This document shows, one piece after another, positions 33,430 to 43,442 of a DNA stretch of 64,000 nucleotides (the stretch's first letter is position 1; the number at the start of each line of letters is the position of its first letter). Made by a program: the position numbers and the translations under genes. Under the pieces are notes generated by a model. That model did not search any database. It was given only the letters and a program-made list of their open reading frames with translations, and had not been told where the DNA came from. Source of the DNA: Escherichia phage UP19. The stretch is from sequence record OX638288; one strand, 5' to 3'.

Positions 33430-34031
33430 TAGAGGGCTTTCTCCATTTCACGAATAAGAGCAGAAATAAAAGACTCAATATCATTAGGGTCTATAATTTT
33501 TATTTCACGCTTATATTCATTTTTGCGAATAGCATCCTCGTAAATATCTACTGCGGCCAATGGGCCTTCGTATTGAGGATAACGTTTTTCTGTATCGCCT
33601 TTATCATACCAAGTATACGGATTTTCTGGTGTGTTGACAAGATTCCAGAATTTCTCGCCTTTTTCGTTTACATGGTAAAGGACCTGGTTTCCACCAGTGG
33701 TAGAATATCTTTGGATGGCTGCTTGGTAGGCGGCTTCTTGGCCGGTAATCCATCCATAATACGGGTCGTATATATTATTACACATCAGTAAAACCCAATA
33801 TAATTGGACATTGCCATAAAGAATATGGGCCAATTCTTCCGGGCGTGGGGCTCCATTGATATAATAAGTTTTTAGTGTATAATTTTTAGCCACTCTATCA
33901 AAATATTCTTTATAATTTCTAAATATATCAGTCATCGGCACGCTCAATACATCAGCATTTGTTAATGAGCCGGAATCTGGCTTGACTGTTTTTGATTCGT
34001 AATCGATAGGGTCGAAAAATGAGAAGAGCAT
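33429..34031 (-). CDS. 53: gp53 baseplate wedge protein
   Basis: 200 aa; ATG overlaps the gene 5 start region; divergent from gene 4 as in T4. Confidence 0.75.
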   Translation of the reverse strand: MLFSFFDPIDYESKTVKPDSGSLTNADVLSVPMTDIFRNYKEYFDRVAKNYTLKTYYINGAPRPEELAHILYGNVQLYWVLLMCNNIYDPYYGWITGQEAAYQAAIQRYSTTGGNQVLYHVNEKGEKFWNLVNTPENPYTWYDKGDTEKRYPQYEGPLAAVDIYEDAIRKNEYKREIKIIDPNDIESFISALIREMEKAL

Positions 34032-34043
34032 AGGGCCTCCGAG

Positions 34044-34051
34044 TATAAATA
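34044..34051 (+). promoter_or_regulatory. Late promoter TATAAATA for gene 4
   Basis: TATAAATA 27 bp upstream of the gene 4 ATG. Confidence 0.6.
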
Positions 34052-34058
34052 ATATTAA

Positions 34059-34066
34059 TATTTATA
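34059..34066 (-). promoter_or_regulatory. Late promoter TATAAATA for gene 53 (divergent partner)
   Basis: Plus-strand TATTTATA 28 bp upstream of the gene 53 ATG. Confidence 0.6.
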
Positions 34067-34077
34067 AGGAGGCAACT

Positions 34078-34527
34078 ATGGCTTACTCAGGGAAATTTAA
34101 ACCTACCAACTTACAAAAATATAAAGGTGACTGGAAGAAAATCCAATATCGTTCCTCATGGGAAGCATGGCTCATGCGTTGGCTTGACAATCATCCTAAC
34201 GTAGTCCAATGGAACTCTGAAGAGGTAGTTATTCCGTATTTTAGTAATGCTGATGGAAAGAAACGTCGATATTTTATGGACTTCTGGGTTAAGTTTGATA
34301 ATGGCCAACAATTCTTTTTTGAAGTCAAACCTTTTAAAGAAACCCATCCTCCAGCGGCTCCTGCTAAAATGACTACAGCCGCTAAAAAGAGATATATCAA
34401 CGAACATTATACATGGAGTGTAAATAAAGATAAATGGAAAGCTGCTAAAGCTACAGCAGATAAAATGGGAATCAATTTTAGATTGATAACTGAAAACTCA
34501 CTGAAAAAATTAGGATGGAAAGGATGA
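34078..34527 (+). CDS. 4: gp4 head completion protein
   Basis: 149 aa; N-terminus MAYSGKF..; AAGGAGG SD; synteny 4-2-3-1-57A-57B. Confidence 0.8.
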   Translation: MAYSGKFKPTNLQKYKGDWKKIQYRSSWEAWLMRWLDNHPNVVQWNSEEVVIPYFSNADGKKRRYFMDFWVKFDNGQQFFFEVKPFKETHPPAAPAKMTTAAKKRYINEHYTWSVNKDKWKAAKATADKMGINFRLITENSLKKLGWKG

Positions 34528-35351
34528 GTATATTTTCCTACATCAATGAGGCCACTGAAACCACAAAAGGTTCTAAGCCCACTCGTTCAGAGCAACAATG
34601 GATAGCTTTAGGTGTTGAATATGCCAAAGCTAAGGCCAAAGGTGTCTCGGCTAAGAAATTCGCTGAAGATAAAGGCATTAAGTATTCTAGCTTTACATCT
34701 GCGATGTCTCGATACTCGAGTCGAATTAAAACTGCTGTACAGGTCGAAAAACTCCAGAAGAAACCTGGCAATAAATTAACCAAAGCTGAACGTCAATTAA
34801 TTTTGGTGAATAGTTTTAGAAAGAGTATTCGTGATAAGATTGCTAACGAAGGAGCCTCTGTAAACAATAAATCAGCTAAATGGTTTACAGAAACATTAAA
34901 GAAAGGAATTCGTGGACACCAGGTATCTAAACCATCTCCCGGTAAGCTTTATGCTTATATCTATGATGCTAAACACAAGGACACATTACCCTACTGGGAC
35001 AAATATCCTTTAATCATTTATCTTGGACTTGGTAAGCATAATCTGATGTACGGGTTGAACTTACACTATATTCCGCCTAAAGCACGCCAGCAATTTCTAG
35101 AAGAATTGCTGAAGCAATACGCGAGTACGCCTACCATTACAAACTCGACTAAATTAAAAATCGATTGGAGTAAGGTAAAAGGATTCGCTGGCGCTGACGT
35201 GATGATTAAAGCTTATATCCCTGGAAATATCAAAGGACCTTTAGTAGAGATAAAACCTTCTGATTGGGCTAATGTCGTAATGATGCCTCTCCAGCAGTTC
35301 ATGTCTAAAGGTAAGCGTTACTCAGCTCAGACAGTATGGAAGAACGCATAA
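34515..35351 (+). CDS. 2: gp2 DNA end-protector protein
   Basis: 278 aa against 274 in T4; basic; synteny. Confidence 0.75.
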   Translation: MERMSIFSYINEATETTKGSKPTRSEQQWIALGVEYAKAKAKGVSAKKFAEDKGIKYSSFTSAMSRYSSRIKTAVQVEKLQKKPGNKLTKAERQLILVNSFRKSIRDKIANEGASVNNKSAKWFTETLKKGIRGHQVSKPSPGKLYAYIYDAKHKDTLPYWDKYPLIIYLGLGKHNLMYGLNLHYIPPKARQQFLEELLKQYASTPTITNSTKLKIDWSKVKGFAGADVMIKAYIPGNIKGPLVEIKPSDWANVVMMPLQQFMSKGKRYSAQTVWKNA

Positions 35352-35436
35352 TAATCTATTATCCCAGCCAGTTATTGAATGGAACAGACCTAGGACCATT
35401 ATACACTGGCTAGGACTTAAGCAATATAGGAATCCT

Positions 35437-36027
35437 ATGAACGGTTTATTTAACCAAACTAACACTACCAACTTTATCTTAGAGGTTAGTGACTCAGGAA
35501 TGACGCAGGCATTCAAATTGAACGTACAAGATGTAACACTACCGGGCATCCATATTCCGGTCTCAGACGTCCCAGGATCGACCCAAGGTATAAACCGTGC
35601 TAAACTGCCAGGTTCTACTGTAGAATTCGACCCTTTGATTGTGAACTTTCTTGTAGACCGCGAGTTGAAATCATGGCTGGACGTTTATAAATGGATGCTA
35701 TCATTAAACAACTATGTAACACATGAATCTGAAGCCTGGCATCCTAAAGGTCAGCCTGAGGCTATCACCCTCCACATTCTTGATAACAACAAACAGAAAA
35801 TCGTAATGAGCATTCATTACTACGGTGGTTGGCCATCCGACCTTTCCGAGATTCAGTACTCTTATAAAGAAGATTCCGACCCTGCGATAATCGCTACAGC
35901 AACATTCAACTTCAAATCGTTTGCTGTAGAAATAGATGGTACAATAGTTACAGGTCGTCCACAAATTGATTCGTATGCCGAACAACGTGTGGCTCGTATG
36001 TCTATGCATCCATCTATGAGAAAATAA
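35437..36027 (+). CDS. 3: gp3 tail tube terminator / tail completion protein
   Basis: 196 aa; synteny between 2 and 1. Confidence 0.75.
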   Translation: MNGLFNQTNTTNFILEVSDSGMTQAFKLNVQDVTLPGIHIPVSDVPGSTQGINRAKLPGSTVEFDPLIVNFLVDRELKSWLDVYKWMLSLNNYVTHESEAWHPKGQPEAITLHILDNNKQKIVMSIHYYGGWPSDLSEIQYSYKEDSDPAIIATATFNFKSFAVEIDGTIVTGRPQIDSYAEQRVARMSMHPSMRK

Positions 36028-36780
36028 TGAAACTAATATCAATTGTAGGAATCAAACGTAGCGGTAAGGATACCGTTGCTAACTATGTAATTGAGAATAT
36101 GGATTCCGTAAAATTCCAACTCGCCGGTCCTATTAAAAAGTATCTGGCTGAAGCTTATGAATACATATCTGATGACCCTGTATTCGACCGTAGCTATATG
36201 CCTAAACTTGATTTTAACTGTTTTGAAGGTATCGGTTATGACCGTGAAGAAATCATTCCTTTAAAACCATATGATGTTATTGATATTTTTGAAAATGCTA
36301 TTGTTAAGCTGAATAATATCCTTCCTATTCCCGGAATTGATGTTCGTACCGCATATCATTATGGTCTTACCCCGGTCCAATATCTGTCTGAAGAAACAAA
36401 AGACCAGCTATTTGAAGTAATAAATAAAAATAACAATTGGTCAGTACGTCGTCTCATGCAGACCCTTGGGACTGATATTATTGTTAACCAATTTGATAAG
36501 ATGTATTGGGTTAAGTTGTTCGCTTTAGACTATTTTGATAAAATATACTCTGATGCGAAATACTATGTCGTACCTGATGTTCGTCAAACACATGAAATTG
36601 ATTCGCTCAGAGCGATGGGTGCTACGATTATTCATGTAGTTCGCGCTGAAACCGGTCAAGTACAAGACTCGCACATCACTGAAGCGGGTCTACCAATTTT
36701 ACCTGGTGACGTTGTTGTTGAAAATAACGGCACTCTTTCTGAACTATACACTACTATTGATAAATTATTAGGAAATAAAA

Positions 36781-36788
<8 letters not shown>
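36027..36788 (+). CDS. 1: gp1 deoxynucleoside monophosphate kinase
   Basis: 253 aa; N-terminal P-loop GIKRSGKDT resembling T4 gp1. Confidence 0.85.
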
Positions 36789-37687
<899 letters not shown>

Positions 37688-37699
37688 TTTAAAAAAGGT

Positions 37700-37728
37700 G
37701 TTTACAAGGTCTATAGACATGATACTAT
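37700..37728 (+). promoter_or_regulatory. Early promoter module (GTTTAC, 17 bp, TACTAT)
   Basis: GTTTAC 37700-37705; TACTATAGGCCTATCAA box. Confidence 0.6.
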
Positions 37729-37765
37729 AGGCCTATCAAAACAAACCAACCACATGGAAATCAAA

Positions 37766-37990
37766 ATGAAAACTTATCAAGAATTTATTACAGAAGCTAA
37801 AAAACACGAAGACCAACTGCCGGTTGTTACAAAAACCTTTGACGGTACATTGGCCGATTTTAAAAAAGTCCCTAGTGATAAGCTCGCTAAATTGGCCGGG
37901 AGTATCGGTGAAAAAGATGGCAAGGTCACGTTTTCTGCTCAAGGTACAGCCAATCTTAAAAAACTTTTGAAAGCCGCTGGCGCAGAATAA
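37766..37990 (+). CDS. Internal-protein-like gene (MKTYQEFITE|AK), Lys-rich
   Basis: Capsid-targeting leader at the ATG 37766; the ORF-track start 37754 lacks an SD. Confidence 0.6.
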   Translation: MKTYQEFITEAKKHEDQLPVVTKTFDGTLADFKKVPSDKLAKLAGSIGEKDGKVTFSAQGTANLKKLLKAAGAE

Positions 37991-37991
37991 A

Positions 37992-38264
37992 ATGAAAACT
38001 TATCAAGAATTTATCGCTGAATCTATTCTTAATGAGGAAGTAAAAATTAACAAATCTGTTAAGACTATGATTGATAATATAAATCATCTCTATAACATCG
38101 ATTTGACTAATCATGTAACTTTAGGCAATAAGCTAAACTTTTTTGTATTCGATACTTCAGAACTCGACCAAAATCAAATCAATAATATTGAACGCTTTGC
38201 TAATGACAAAGGGCTTCGTCACGAAACAGCTGGCTATAAAAAATATGCAATTTATCTAAAATAA
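37992..38264 (+). CDS. Internal-protein-like gene (MKTYQEFIAE|S)
   Basis: Capsid-targeting leader; ATG one base after the upstream stop. Confidence 0.6.
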   Translation: MKTYQEFIAESILNEEVKINKSVKTMIDNINHLYNIDLTNHVTLGNKLNFFVFDTSELDQNQINNIERFANDKGLRHETAGYKKYAIYLK

Positions 38265-38267
38265 ATT

Positions 38268-38297
38268 GTTTACAACGGGCTTTAGTGATGATACTAT
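38268..38297 (+). promoter_or_regulatory. Early promoter module
   Basis: GTTTAC 38268-38273; TACTATAGCCCTATCAA box. Confidence 0.6.
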
Positions 38298-38333
38298 AGC
38301 CCTATCAAAACAAATGAGTGATTGGAGAATAAA

Positions 38334-38519
38334 ATGAAACGTTGTGAATTAATTAGAAATGTTACTGCACTGGCCGCCGTTACTGCTTTTGGCTTTAGTA
38401 TGTTTGCAGGATTCATGTTGGATTTGCTTACAACTTCCGAGAATACAATCTCTTTAGTAGTGGCATTCTTAATTGGTTCAATCTCTTTCGTTATGGATAA
38501 AATCTCTAAAGGTGAATAA
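38334..38519 (+). CDS. Small membrane protein
   Basis: ATG 38334 after GGAGA SD; two hydrophobic helices. Confidence 0.45.
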   Translation: MKRCELIRNVTALAAVTAFGFSMFAGFMLDLLTTSENTISLVVAFLIGSISFVMDKISKGE

Positions 38520-38920
38520 TGAACGTTGAATATTATGTATATGCGGATTACGAAAATAATCCGTCTAAAGATGAAGATAACCGTTTAGGTGTAGATGCTT
38601 TTGAATCCCCTGCAGCGGCATGGCAATGGGTTGAAAGAACCGATATTCCTTACCGTTATATTGAAGTGGTCGACCACGCAGGAAACAAGTATCCTAAGGA
38701 AGCATATGTTCCTTCCGGAAAGGTAAATTTCCTTTTGTTTGCGGGTGATAATTATTATCCACGTGGCGGGTATACCGATTTAATCGCTAAGGCATTTTCT
38801 GAAGACGAACTACGTAATATCGTTAAAGATAATGAGAATAAGCCTCGTTACGGTTCTAATCGTTTTGACTGGTGGCAGATTGTTAATGCTAATACCCACA
38901 CTATTGTAGACGAGGGTTAA
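38519..38920 (+). CDS. Hypothetical protein
   Basis: 133-aa ORF with start overlapping the upstream stop; co-oriented array. Confidence 0.5.
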   Translation: MNVEYYVYADYENNPSKDEDNRLGVDAFESPAAAWQWVERTDIPYRYIEVVDHAGNKYPKEAYVPSGKVNFLLFAGDNYYPRGGYTDLIAKAFSEDELRNIVKDNENKPRYGSNRFDWWQIVNANTHTIVDEG

Positions 38921-39211
38921 ATGTTATACGTTAAGGTTACTAATCCAGGGAATGGCTATAAATCCGATCAGGTTGCAGCCGAGTTGTTGATTCGAAATTA
39001 CGGCAAAGATGCTGTGCTTGATGTTCAACAGGTTAATATTGGCCGTAGTTCAAGCGATGTTAAACTCAAAGTTAACAGCCAACGCTATAATTCTGTTAAC
39101 TTTACTTTTTATACGGCAAATGAAAATGGGTTGGTCGAATATGACATCTTTAAAAATCCTTTGAAAATTGCTTCTATTAAACTTGATTATATTAATATGT
39201 GGCCACAATGA
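38921..39211 (+). CDS. Hypothetical protein
   Basis: 96-aa ORF, tightly packed. Confidence 0.45.
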   Translation: MLYVKVTNPGNGYKSDQVAAELLIRNYGKDAVLDVQQVNIGRSSSDVKLKVNSQRYNSVNFTFYTANENGLVEYDIFKNPLKIASIKLDYINMWPQ

Positions 39212-39684
39212 ATATTAAATTCGGACAAATTATCCCTAAAGGTTATGCAATTGAAATTGAAACCTGGGAAAATGATGGCGATAACTATAAAACCCAGACT
39301 GTATTTGGCGTAGAAGAACATGAAATCCAACAGTACAAATATATCCTAGAACTTTTCCATGGTTCTCATTGCAACAACCCGGATAAATGTGGTAATTCGG
39401 AATGGGACGTAGTTAAGCATCTGGTTATTGCCCACATTGAATCGGGTGTAAAATCAGGCCAGTTGACCCCTGAATTTTTAGATAAGGCCCTCGGTATCCA
39501 AGACTTAGAAGCCTTGCTGAATGACGACGAGGAAGAATACTACTTGAATGAAGCCCTTACTGAGCTCCTTGGTATGGCTTGTGAATATGATGGTGATTTC
39601 ATCCGTGTAATTTCTTACGTTAAGCTGTATATTATTGAAGAAGAAATTAAAATCCCTGATGTGAAAGCACTTGATATGCTTTAA
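39199..39684 (+). CDS. Hypothetical acidic protein
   Basis: 161-aa ORF overlapping the upstream gene end. Confidence 0.5.
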   Translation: MATMNIKFGQIIPKGYAIEIETWENDGDNYKTQTVFGVEEHEIQQYKYILELFHGSHCNNPDKCGNSEWDVVKHLVIAHIESGVKSGQLTPEFLDKALGIQDLEALLNDDEEEYYLNEALTELLGMACEYDGDFIRVISYVKLYIIEEEIKIPDVKALDML

Positions 39685-39807
39685 GAATTATGTGATATTA
39701 TTACTCTATCATTAATACCCTCTATTACCAAAGGTTCTTCCCTCAAAGAGCCTTTCATAATAGACAAGGTCTATTAATCAAACTTACTTTACTTAATTTT
39801 ATTTGAG

Positions 39808-40080
39808 GTGTTTATGTTAGTATTAAAATTAGCTTTTTATGACCCAGAAACCAAGACAACAACTACTAAACGTTGTTCTATTTCATATGAATGCCAATTT
39901 GGCGAAGTTGAGACCGACGGCGAGCCCTTTATGGCAATTGCCGATAGCACATTCGCTAAACCAAAAATAATTCCACTAGTTAATGCTGCGGCTTATCTGG
40001 TTGCTCCTGAAGAAATGACTTATCATACAATTCAGCACATGGCTAAAGATGATAATGCTCCTGCTGGATTTGTAATTTAA
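39808..40080 (+). CDS. Hypothetical protein
   Basis: 90-aa ORF ending just before the tRNA cluster. Confidence 0.4.
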   Translation: MFMLVLKLAFYDPETKTTTTKRCSISYECQFGEVETDGEPFMAIADSTFAKPKIIPLVNAAAYLVAPEEMTYHTIQHMAKDDNAPAGFVI

Positions 40081-40085
40081 ATTAA

Positions 40086-40159
40086 GGCCCTGTAGCTGGA
40101 CGGTCAAGCGAGCGACTCATAATCGCTGGATGGTGGTTCGATTCCACCCAGGGCCACCA
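40086..40159 (+). tRNA. tRNA with CAT anticodon (Met, or Ile if the first anticodon base is modified)
   Basis: Perfect 7-bp acceptor GGCCCTG/CAGGGCC; anticodon loop CTCATAA; T-arm GGTGG-TTCGATT-CCACC; encoded CCA. Confidence 0.8.
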
Positions 40160-40163
40160 ATTT

Positions 40164-40238
40164 GGATGTGTAGCTCAGCGGTAGAGCAGTTGACTGTTAA
40201 TCAATTGGTCCATGGTTCGAATCCATGCATGTCCGCCA
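40164..40238 (+). tRNA. tRNA-Asn (GTT)
   Basis: D-stem GCTC/GAGC; anticodon loop CTGTTAA; T-loop TTCGAAT; encoded CCA. Confidence 0.8.
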
Positions 40239-40242
40239 AATA

Positions 40243-40318
40243 CGAGGCATAGCTCAGAAGGAAGAGCAACGGTCTTCTAAACCGTAGGTCGTAGGTTCGA
40301 TCCCTACTGTCTCGACCA
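40243..40318 (+). tRNA. tRNA-Arg (TCT)
   Basis: Acceptor CGAGGCA/TGTCTCG; anticodon loop CTTCTAA; T-loop TTCGATC; encoded CCA. Confidence 0.8.
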
Positions 40319-40319
40319 A

Positions 40320-40490
40320 ACAAGAAACCGGGTCGCTACCGGTAAGTCGTCGGACTGAAGCTCCCTGAATAAGACCCGACTTTAAGGCGTACATGAGTTG
40401 ACCTCTTAAAGTCCCTTATCTCACAGCTGAAACGGCGCACAGAACACTTGCCTAGCAGGTGGAACCCCGACAAGGTTACCCTAGGTTAAA
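40320..40490 (+). ncRNA. Putative small stable RNA downstream of the tRNAs (T4 has small stable RNAs in its tRNA cluster)
   Basis: About 170 nt with no ORF, between the last tRNA and a strong terminator; GC-richer and palindrome-rich. Confidence 0.3.
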
Positions 40491-40518
40491 GGCCCTTCCG
40501 AAAGGTTGGGCCTTTTTT
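40491..40518 (+). terminator. Intrinsic terminator (copy 1 of a duplicated cassette)
   Basis: GGCCCTTCC-GAAA-GGTTGGGCC followed by TTTTTT. Confidence 0.7.
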
Positions 40519-40519
40519 G

Positions 40520-40527
40520 TATAAATA
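40520..40527 (+). promoter_or_regulatory. Late promoter TATAAATA
   Basis: Immediately after the terminator, 27 bp before the ATG at 40554. Confidence 0.55.
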
Positions 40528-40553
40528 TACAGTAAACTAACTTAGGAAATAAT

Positions 40554-41108
40554 ATGAAACTTTTAAAATATTTGAGTTGGATTCTGTTGGTCCCACTAGA
40601 TTTTATCTCTATGGTTCTAGCCGTTATCCTTGCGCCTTTTGTGGTTCCTTTTCATAATAAAAAGACTGGTAAATTGCCATACGGTTTTGATTGGATGATG
40701 ACATACGATAATCCAATTGACGGCGATAAAGGTCATATTAAACGTTGGGCTAAAATCAGGAAAATGCCTGGTGGTGTTTATCTCCAGAGAGTAGCTTGGC
40801 TATGGCGAAATAAAGCTTATAACTTTGCTTATCATAAACTAGGCCGTGATTGTAGCTCGGAATTCCATTATCGTGGTAATCCTGACGTAGAATCAGGTTC
40901 TCCTGATAAAGCTCACCATGGTTGGTTGTGGATGTGGAATGATGACGCCTGGGGTGTATTTGCTTCAGTTCCTTATCTTAAGGTCGGCGGAATCACATTT
41001 TACCTTCGCGTGTACTGTGGCTGGAAGCTTAAGAGTCTTTTGTCTCGTAAAATCCCTAAAGCTATGTTGGCCTTCCACGTGAACCCGTTCCGGTTCTACA
41101 AGAACTGA
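40554..41108 (+). CDS. Membrane-anchored hypothetical protein
   Basis: 184 aa; N-terminal transmembrane helix; flanked by identical terminator and late-promoter cassettes. Confidence 0.5.
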   Translation: MKLLKYLSWILLVPLDFISMVLAVILAPFVVPFHNKKTGKLPYGFDWMMTYDNPIDGDKGHIKRWAKIRKMPGGVYLQRVAWLWRNKAYNFAYHKLGRDCSSEFHYRGNPDVESGSPDKAHHGWLWMWNDDAWGVFASVPYLKVGGITFYLRVYCGWKLKSLLSRKIPKAMLAFHVNPFRFYKN

Positions 41109-41113
41109 TTTAC

Positions 41114-41140
41114 GGCCCTTCCGAAAGGTTGGGCCTTTTT
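41114..41140 (+). terminator. Intrinsic terminator (copy 2 of the cassette)
   Basis: Same GGCCCTTCCGAAAGGTTGGGCC plus T-run as at 40491. Confidence 0.7.
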
Positions 41141-41141
41141 G

Positions 41142-41149
41142 TATAAATA
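41142..41149 (+). promoter_or_regulatory. Late promoter TATAAATA
   Basis: Follows terminator copy 2; 29 bp before the ATG at 41178. Confidence 0.55.
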
Positions 41150-41177
41150 GATAAGTTAATTAACACAGGAAACAATA

Positions 41178-41795
41178 ATGAAAACTTACAATGAATTTTT
41201 GAACGAAAGCGTTCTGAATGAAGCCGGCGTGCGCATGACTAAAGATATGTGGCAAGCTGCTTATGATAAAATTTCCGGGACTAAAACCACTACCGAGTTC
41301 TTTAAAAACGTTTATGATATGTATGGTTTTGATACTAGTAGCCAGAAAGAATATTACAAAGCTTCCAAAGCTTTTAAAGATATCGTAGCCGGTGGCTCTA
41401 CTAAGCCTGCTAAACCAGCTAAAGCTCCTGTTTCTAAACCCGCGGCTCAGACCAAAGTTGCAGCACCGAAACCTACACCTAAAGCAGAGCCTGTAAAAGA
41501 AGCTCCTAAACCTAAAATCAAGTTCGACACCAGCACTATTGTTAAAAAATATAACCAGCTGGCTTCTTTAGTGTCGGAAATCGAATCCGAAACTAAACAA
41601 CTTGTTCGAGAATTCAATGTTCTTCGTAATGGTCAACACATTAACAACCTAGATACCCCGGACCTCTATCGTCTTTACCTGACGGTTGAAGGCCTTAAGT
41701 ATACCCAGCCTATGCACGAAGAAATTGATAACAAACTTCGTCAAGCCCGCCGCCTTGCAGGTGACGCCGCTCAGTTCGAAAAGACCCGTAAATAA
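41178..41795 (+). CDS. IPIII-like internal protein (leader MKTYNEFLNE|S, Lys/Pro/Ala-rich basic linker)
   Basis: 205 aa against 194 for T4 IPIII; capsid-targeting leader; KPAKPAKAPVSKPAA..PKPTPK histone-like tract; late promoter. Confidence 0.6.
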   Translation: MKTYNEFLNESVLNEAGVRMTKDMWQAAYDKISGTKTTTEFFKNVYDMYGFDTSSQKEYYKASKAFKDIVAGGSTKPAKPAKAPVSKPAAQTKVAAPKPTPKAEPVKEAPKPKIKFDTSTIVKKYNQLASLVSEIESETKQLVREFNVLRNGQHINNLDTPDLYRLYLTVEGLKYTQPMHEEIDNKLRQARRLAGDAAQFEKTRK

Positions 41796-41799
41796 TGAA

Positions 41800-41820
41800 A
41801 GGAGACTTCGGTCTCCTTTT
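41800..41820 (+). terminator. Intrinsic terminator
   Basis: AGGAGAC-TTCG-GTCTCCT followed by TTTT. Confidence 0.65.
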
Positions 41821-41854
41821 AGGGGGTTTAATCTAAAAATAATTTCACAAAGTT

Positions 41855-41883
41855 GTTTACACCTCCTTTAAACGTGATACTAT
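41855..41883 (+). promoter_or_regulatory. Early promoter module; spacer CCTCCTT is complementary to the downstream SD AAGGAG
   Basis: GTTTAC 41855-41860; TACTATAGACCTATCAA box. Confidence 0.6.
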
Positions 41884-41918
41884 AGACCTATCAAAACAAC
41901 AGAGTGAAGGAGAGTAAA

Positions 41919-42182
41919 ATGGATAATTATGGTGAATTGTTTAATTTCTTTATGAAATGCGTTCCTGAAGAATTTGGTGCTACAGTAAACGATATTAAAG
42001 TTATAGGTGATGACCATCCTATATTTGAAACTTACGCAGTAATGGGTAATGACGATGGGCAGTGGTATACCGTAAAGGTTGTGGTTAATATGTTTGCTGC
42101 TGAAGGGTACGTTAAATTGTCGACCAAAGTTTATCACGATAATGATTTTGATGCGGAAGATTATTTCAATAATATGAAATAA
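41919..42182 (+). CDS. Hypothetical protein
   Basis: ATG 41919 preceded by AAGGAGAG; the ORF-track start at 41904 is a GTG. Confidence 0.5.
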   Translation: MDNYGELFNFFMKCVPEEFGATVNDIKVIGDDHPIFETYAVMGNDDGQWYTVKVVVNMFAAEGYVKLSTKVYHDNDFDAEDYFNNMK

Positions 42183-42184
42183 TT

Positions 42185-42214
42185 GTTTACAACCCTCAGA
42201 GGACAGGGTATAAT
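42185..42214 (+). promoter_or_regulatory. Early promoter with canonical TATAAT flanked by inverted repeat GAGGACA/TGTCCTC
   Basis: GTTTAC 42185-42190, 17-bp spacer, TATAAT 42209-42214. Confidence 0.6.
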
Positions 42215-42257
42215 GTCCTCATGGATTACAAAATACCAACCAACTGAAGGAAATACT

Positions 42258-42851
42258 ATGAATACTTTAAAGAAAATTGTTGAGTTCATCCGTTCTAAAC
42301 TGGGTACCGCAATGACTCAGAACCTGTCAATTGAAGACCAGTATACTAAAGCTGCTTCTACCCTGATTGATAAAATTACCGAACTTCAGACTGCTCATGT
42401 TAAGTCGGTGAATGAAGAAAAACGCATTCGTGCATTGGCAAATGAAAAAGACCAGCTCGCTGCTTCTAAAGAACGTGAAATTCGTAAACTGATTAAAGAA
42501 GGCGCCGATGTTCAGGTGCATGCTAAACTAGGCCTCCTTTATCGTCGTACCGCTAATCAACTTCGTAAGAAAGCAGACGATTATATCGAAATGCGTAATG
42601 AAATTAAACTGAAGGTCAAGGAACTTGATGACTCTCGTCAAGAACTGGCTGTTAAGCTCGAGTACATCCGTGAAACTCGTAATATGGCTGCCCTTGGTAT
42701 TGCTACTGCCGATGATGTGGTTGAAATCGCTGCACTGACTAAGATTGATATTGAAGATACCCTGCTGCGTGTAGAAACGTTTAAAGGCCCACAAGTTGGA
42801 ATGGATACGACTTCAGCTGATATCGAAGACTACATTAATTCACTTAAGTAA
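42258..42851 (+). CDS. Coiled-coil protein, function unknown
   Basis: ATG 42258 after AAGGAAA; about 197 aa of amphipathic helix. Confidence 0.5.
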   Translation: MNTLKKIVEFIRSKLGTAMTQNLSIEDQYTKAASTLIDKITELQTAHVKSVNEEKRIRALANEKDQLAASKEREIRKLIKEGADVQVHAKLGLLYRRTANQLRKKADDYIEMRNEIKLKVKELDDSRQELAVKLEYIRETRNMAALGIATADDVVEIAALTKIDIEDTLLRVETFKGPQVGMDTTSADIEDYINSLK

Positions 42852-42858
42852 TATTACC

Positions 42859-42880
42859 GGGAGACTTCGGTCTCCCTATT
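42859..42880 (+). terminator. Intrinsic terminator
   Basis: GGGAGAC-TTCG-GTCTCCC followed by TATTT. Confidence 0.6.
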
Positions 42881-42899
42881 TGGAGGAGAGGAGAATATT

Positions 42900-43442
42900 A
42901 TGAGTTTATATGATAACCTTATATCAAATATTGATTGGTTTAAAAATAGTGGTCTTTCCCATGAAACCAATTCAGTTCTTTATAGAATTCGCCAAGACCT
43001 AGGCTATTCAAACGATTTCTTAAGCAGAACATCTAGCCGTGGCGATACTACCAAATTACCTTTTATTTTTGCTTTAGCTGAAGACCTTTCTTTTGAAGAT
43101 GCTTTGGAAATTATTGACGTAAATCTGACTATTCAACGAGTGGAATTCGCTGGACTACGTTATTCAGTATATTCTTTAAATGAGAGCGATGATTGTGTGC
43201 TTCTTAATATGGCAGATGATGATTACCATTTAGTATGCTATGTGGCTTTAGAAAATGGTGATGTATTTGGAATGGTCGACCGTCGACCATCTTACACTGA
43301 TATTAAAAATTATGATAAAGCCGAGCTTGGTATCTTAACTGCTGAGTACACATTAGAAAGTCGTAAACAACAACGGAAGCTTAATCGCTTTATTGCTGAA
43401 TGCCGTGAATACGCTAAAGAGGTTCAAAATGGAACGGCCTAG
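42900..43442 (+). CDS. Hypothetical protein
   Basis: 180-aa ORF with GGAGGAGAGG SD upstream. Confidence 0.5.
   Translation: MSLYDNLISNIDWFKNSGLSHETNSVLYRIRQDLGYSNDFLSRTSSRGDTTKLPFIFALAEDLSFEDALEIIDVNLTIQRVEFAGLRYSVYSLNESDDCVLLNMADDDYHLVCYVALENGDVFGMVDRRPSYTDIKNYDKAELGILTAEYTLESRKQQRKLNRFIAECREYAKEVQNGTA

Noticed and set aside
42258-42851. Resemblance of the coiled-coil protein to PspA/IM30
   Set aside because: The similarity rests only on amphipathic coiled-coil character; no specific motif could be confirmed without a profile search.
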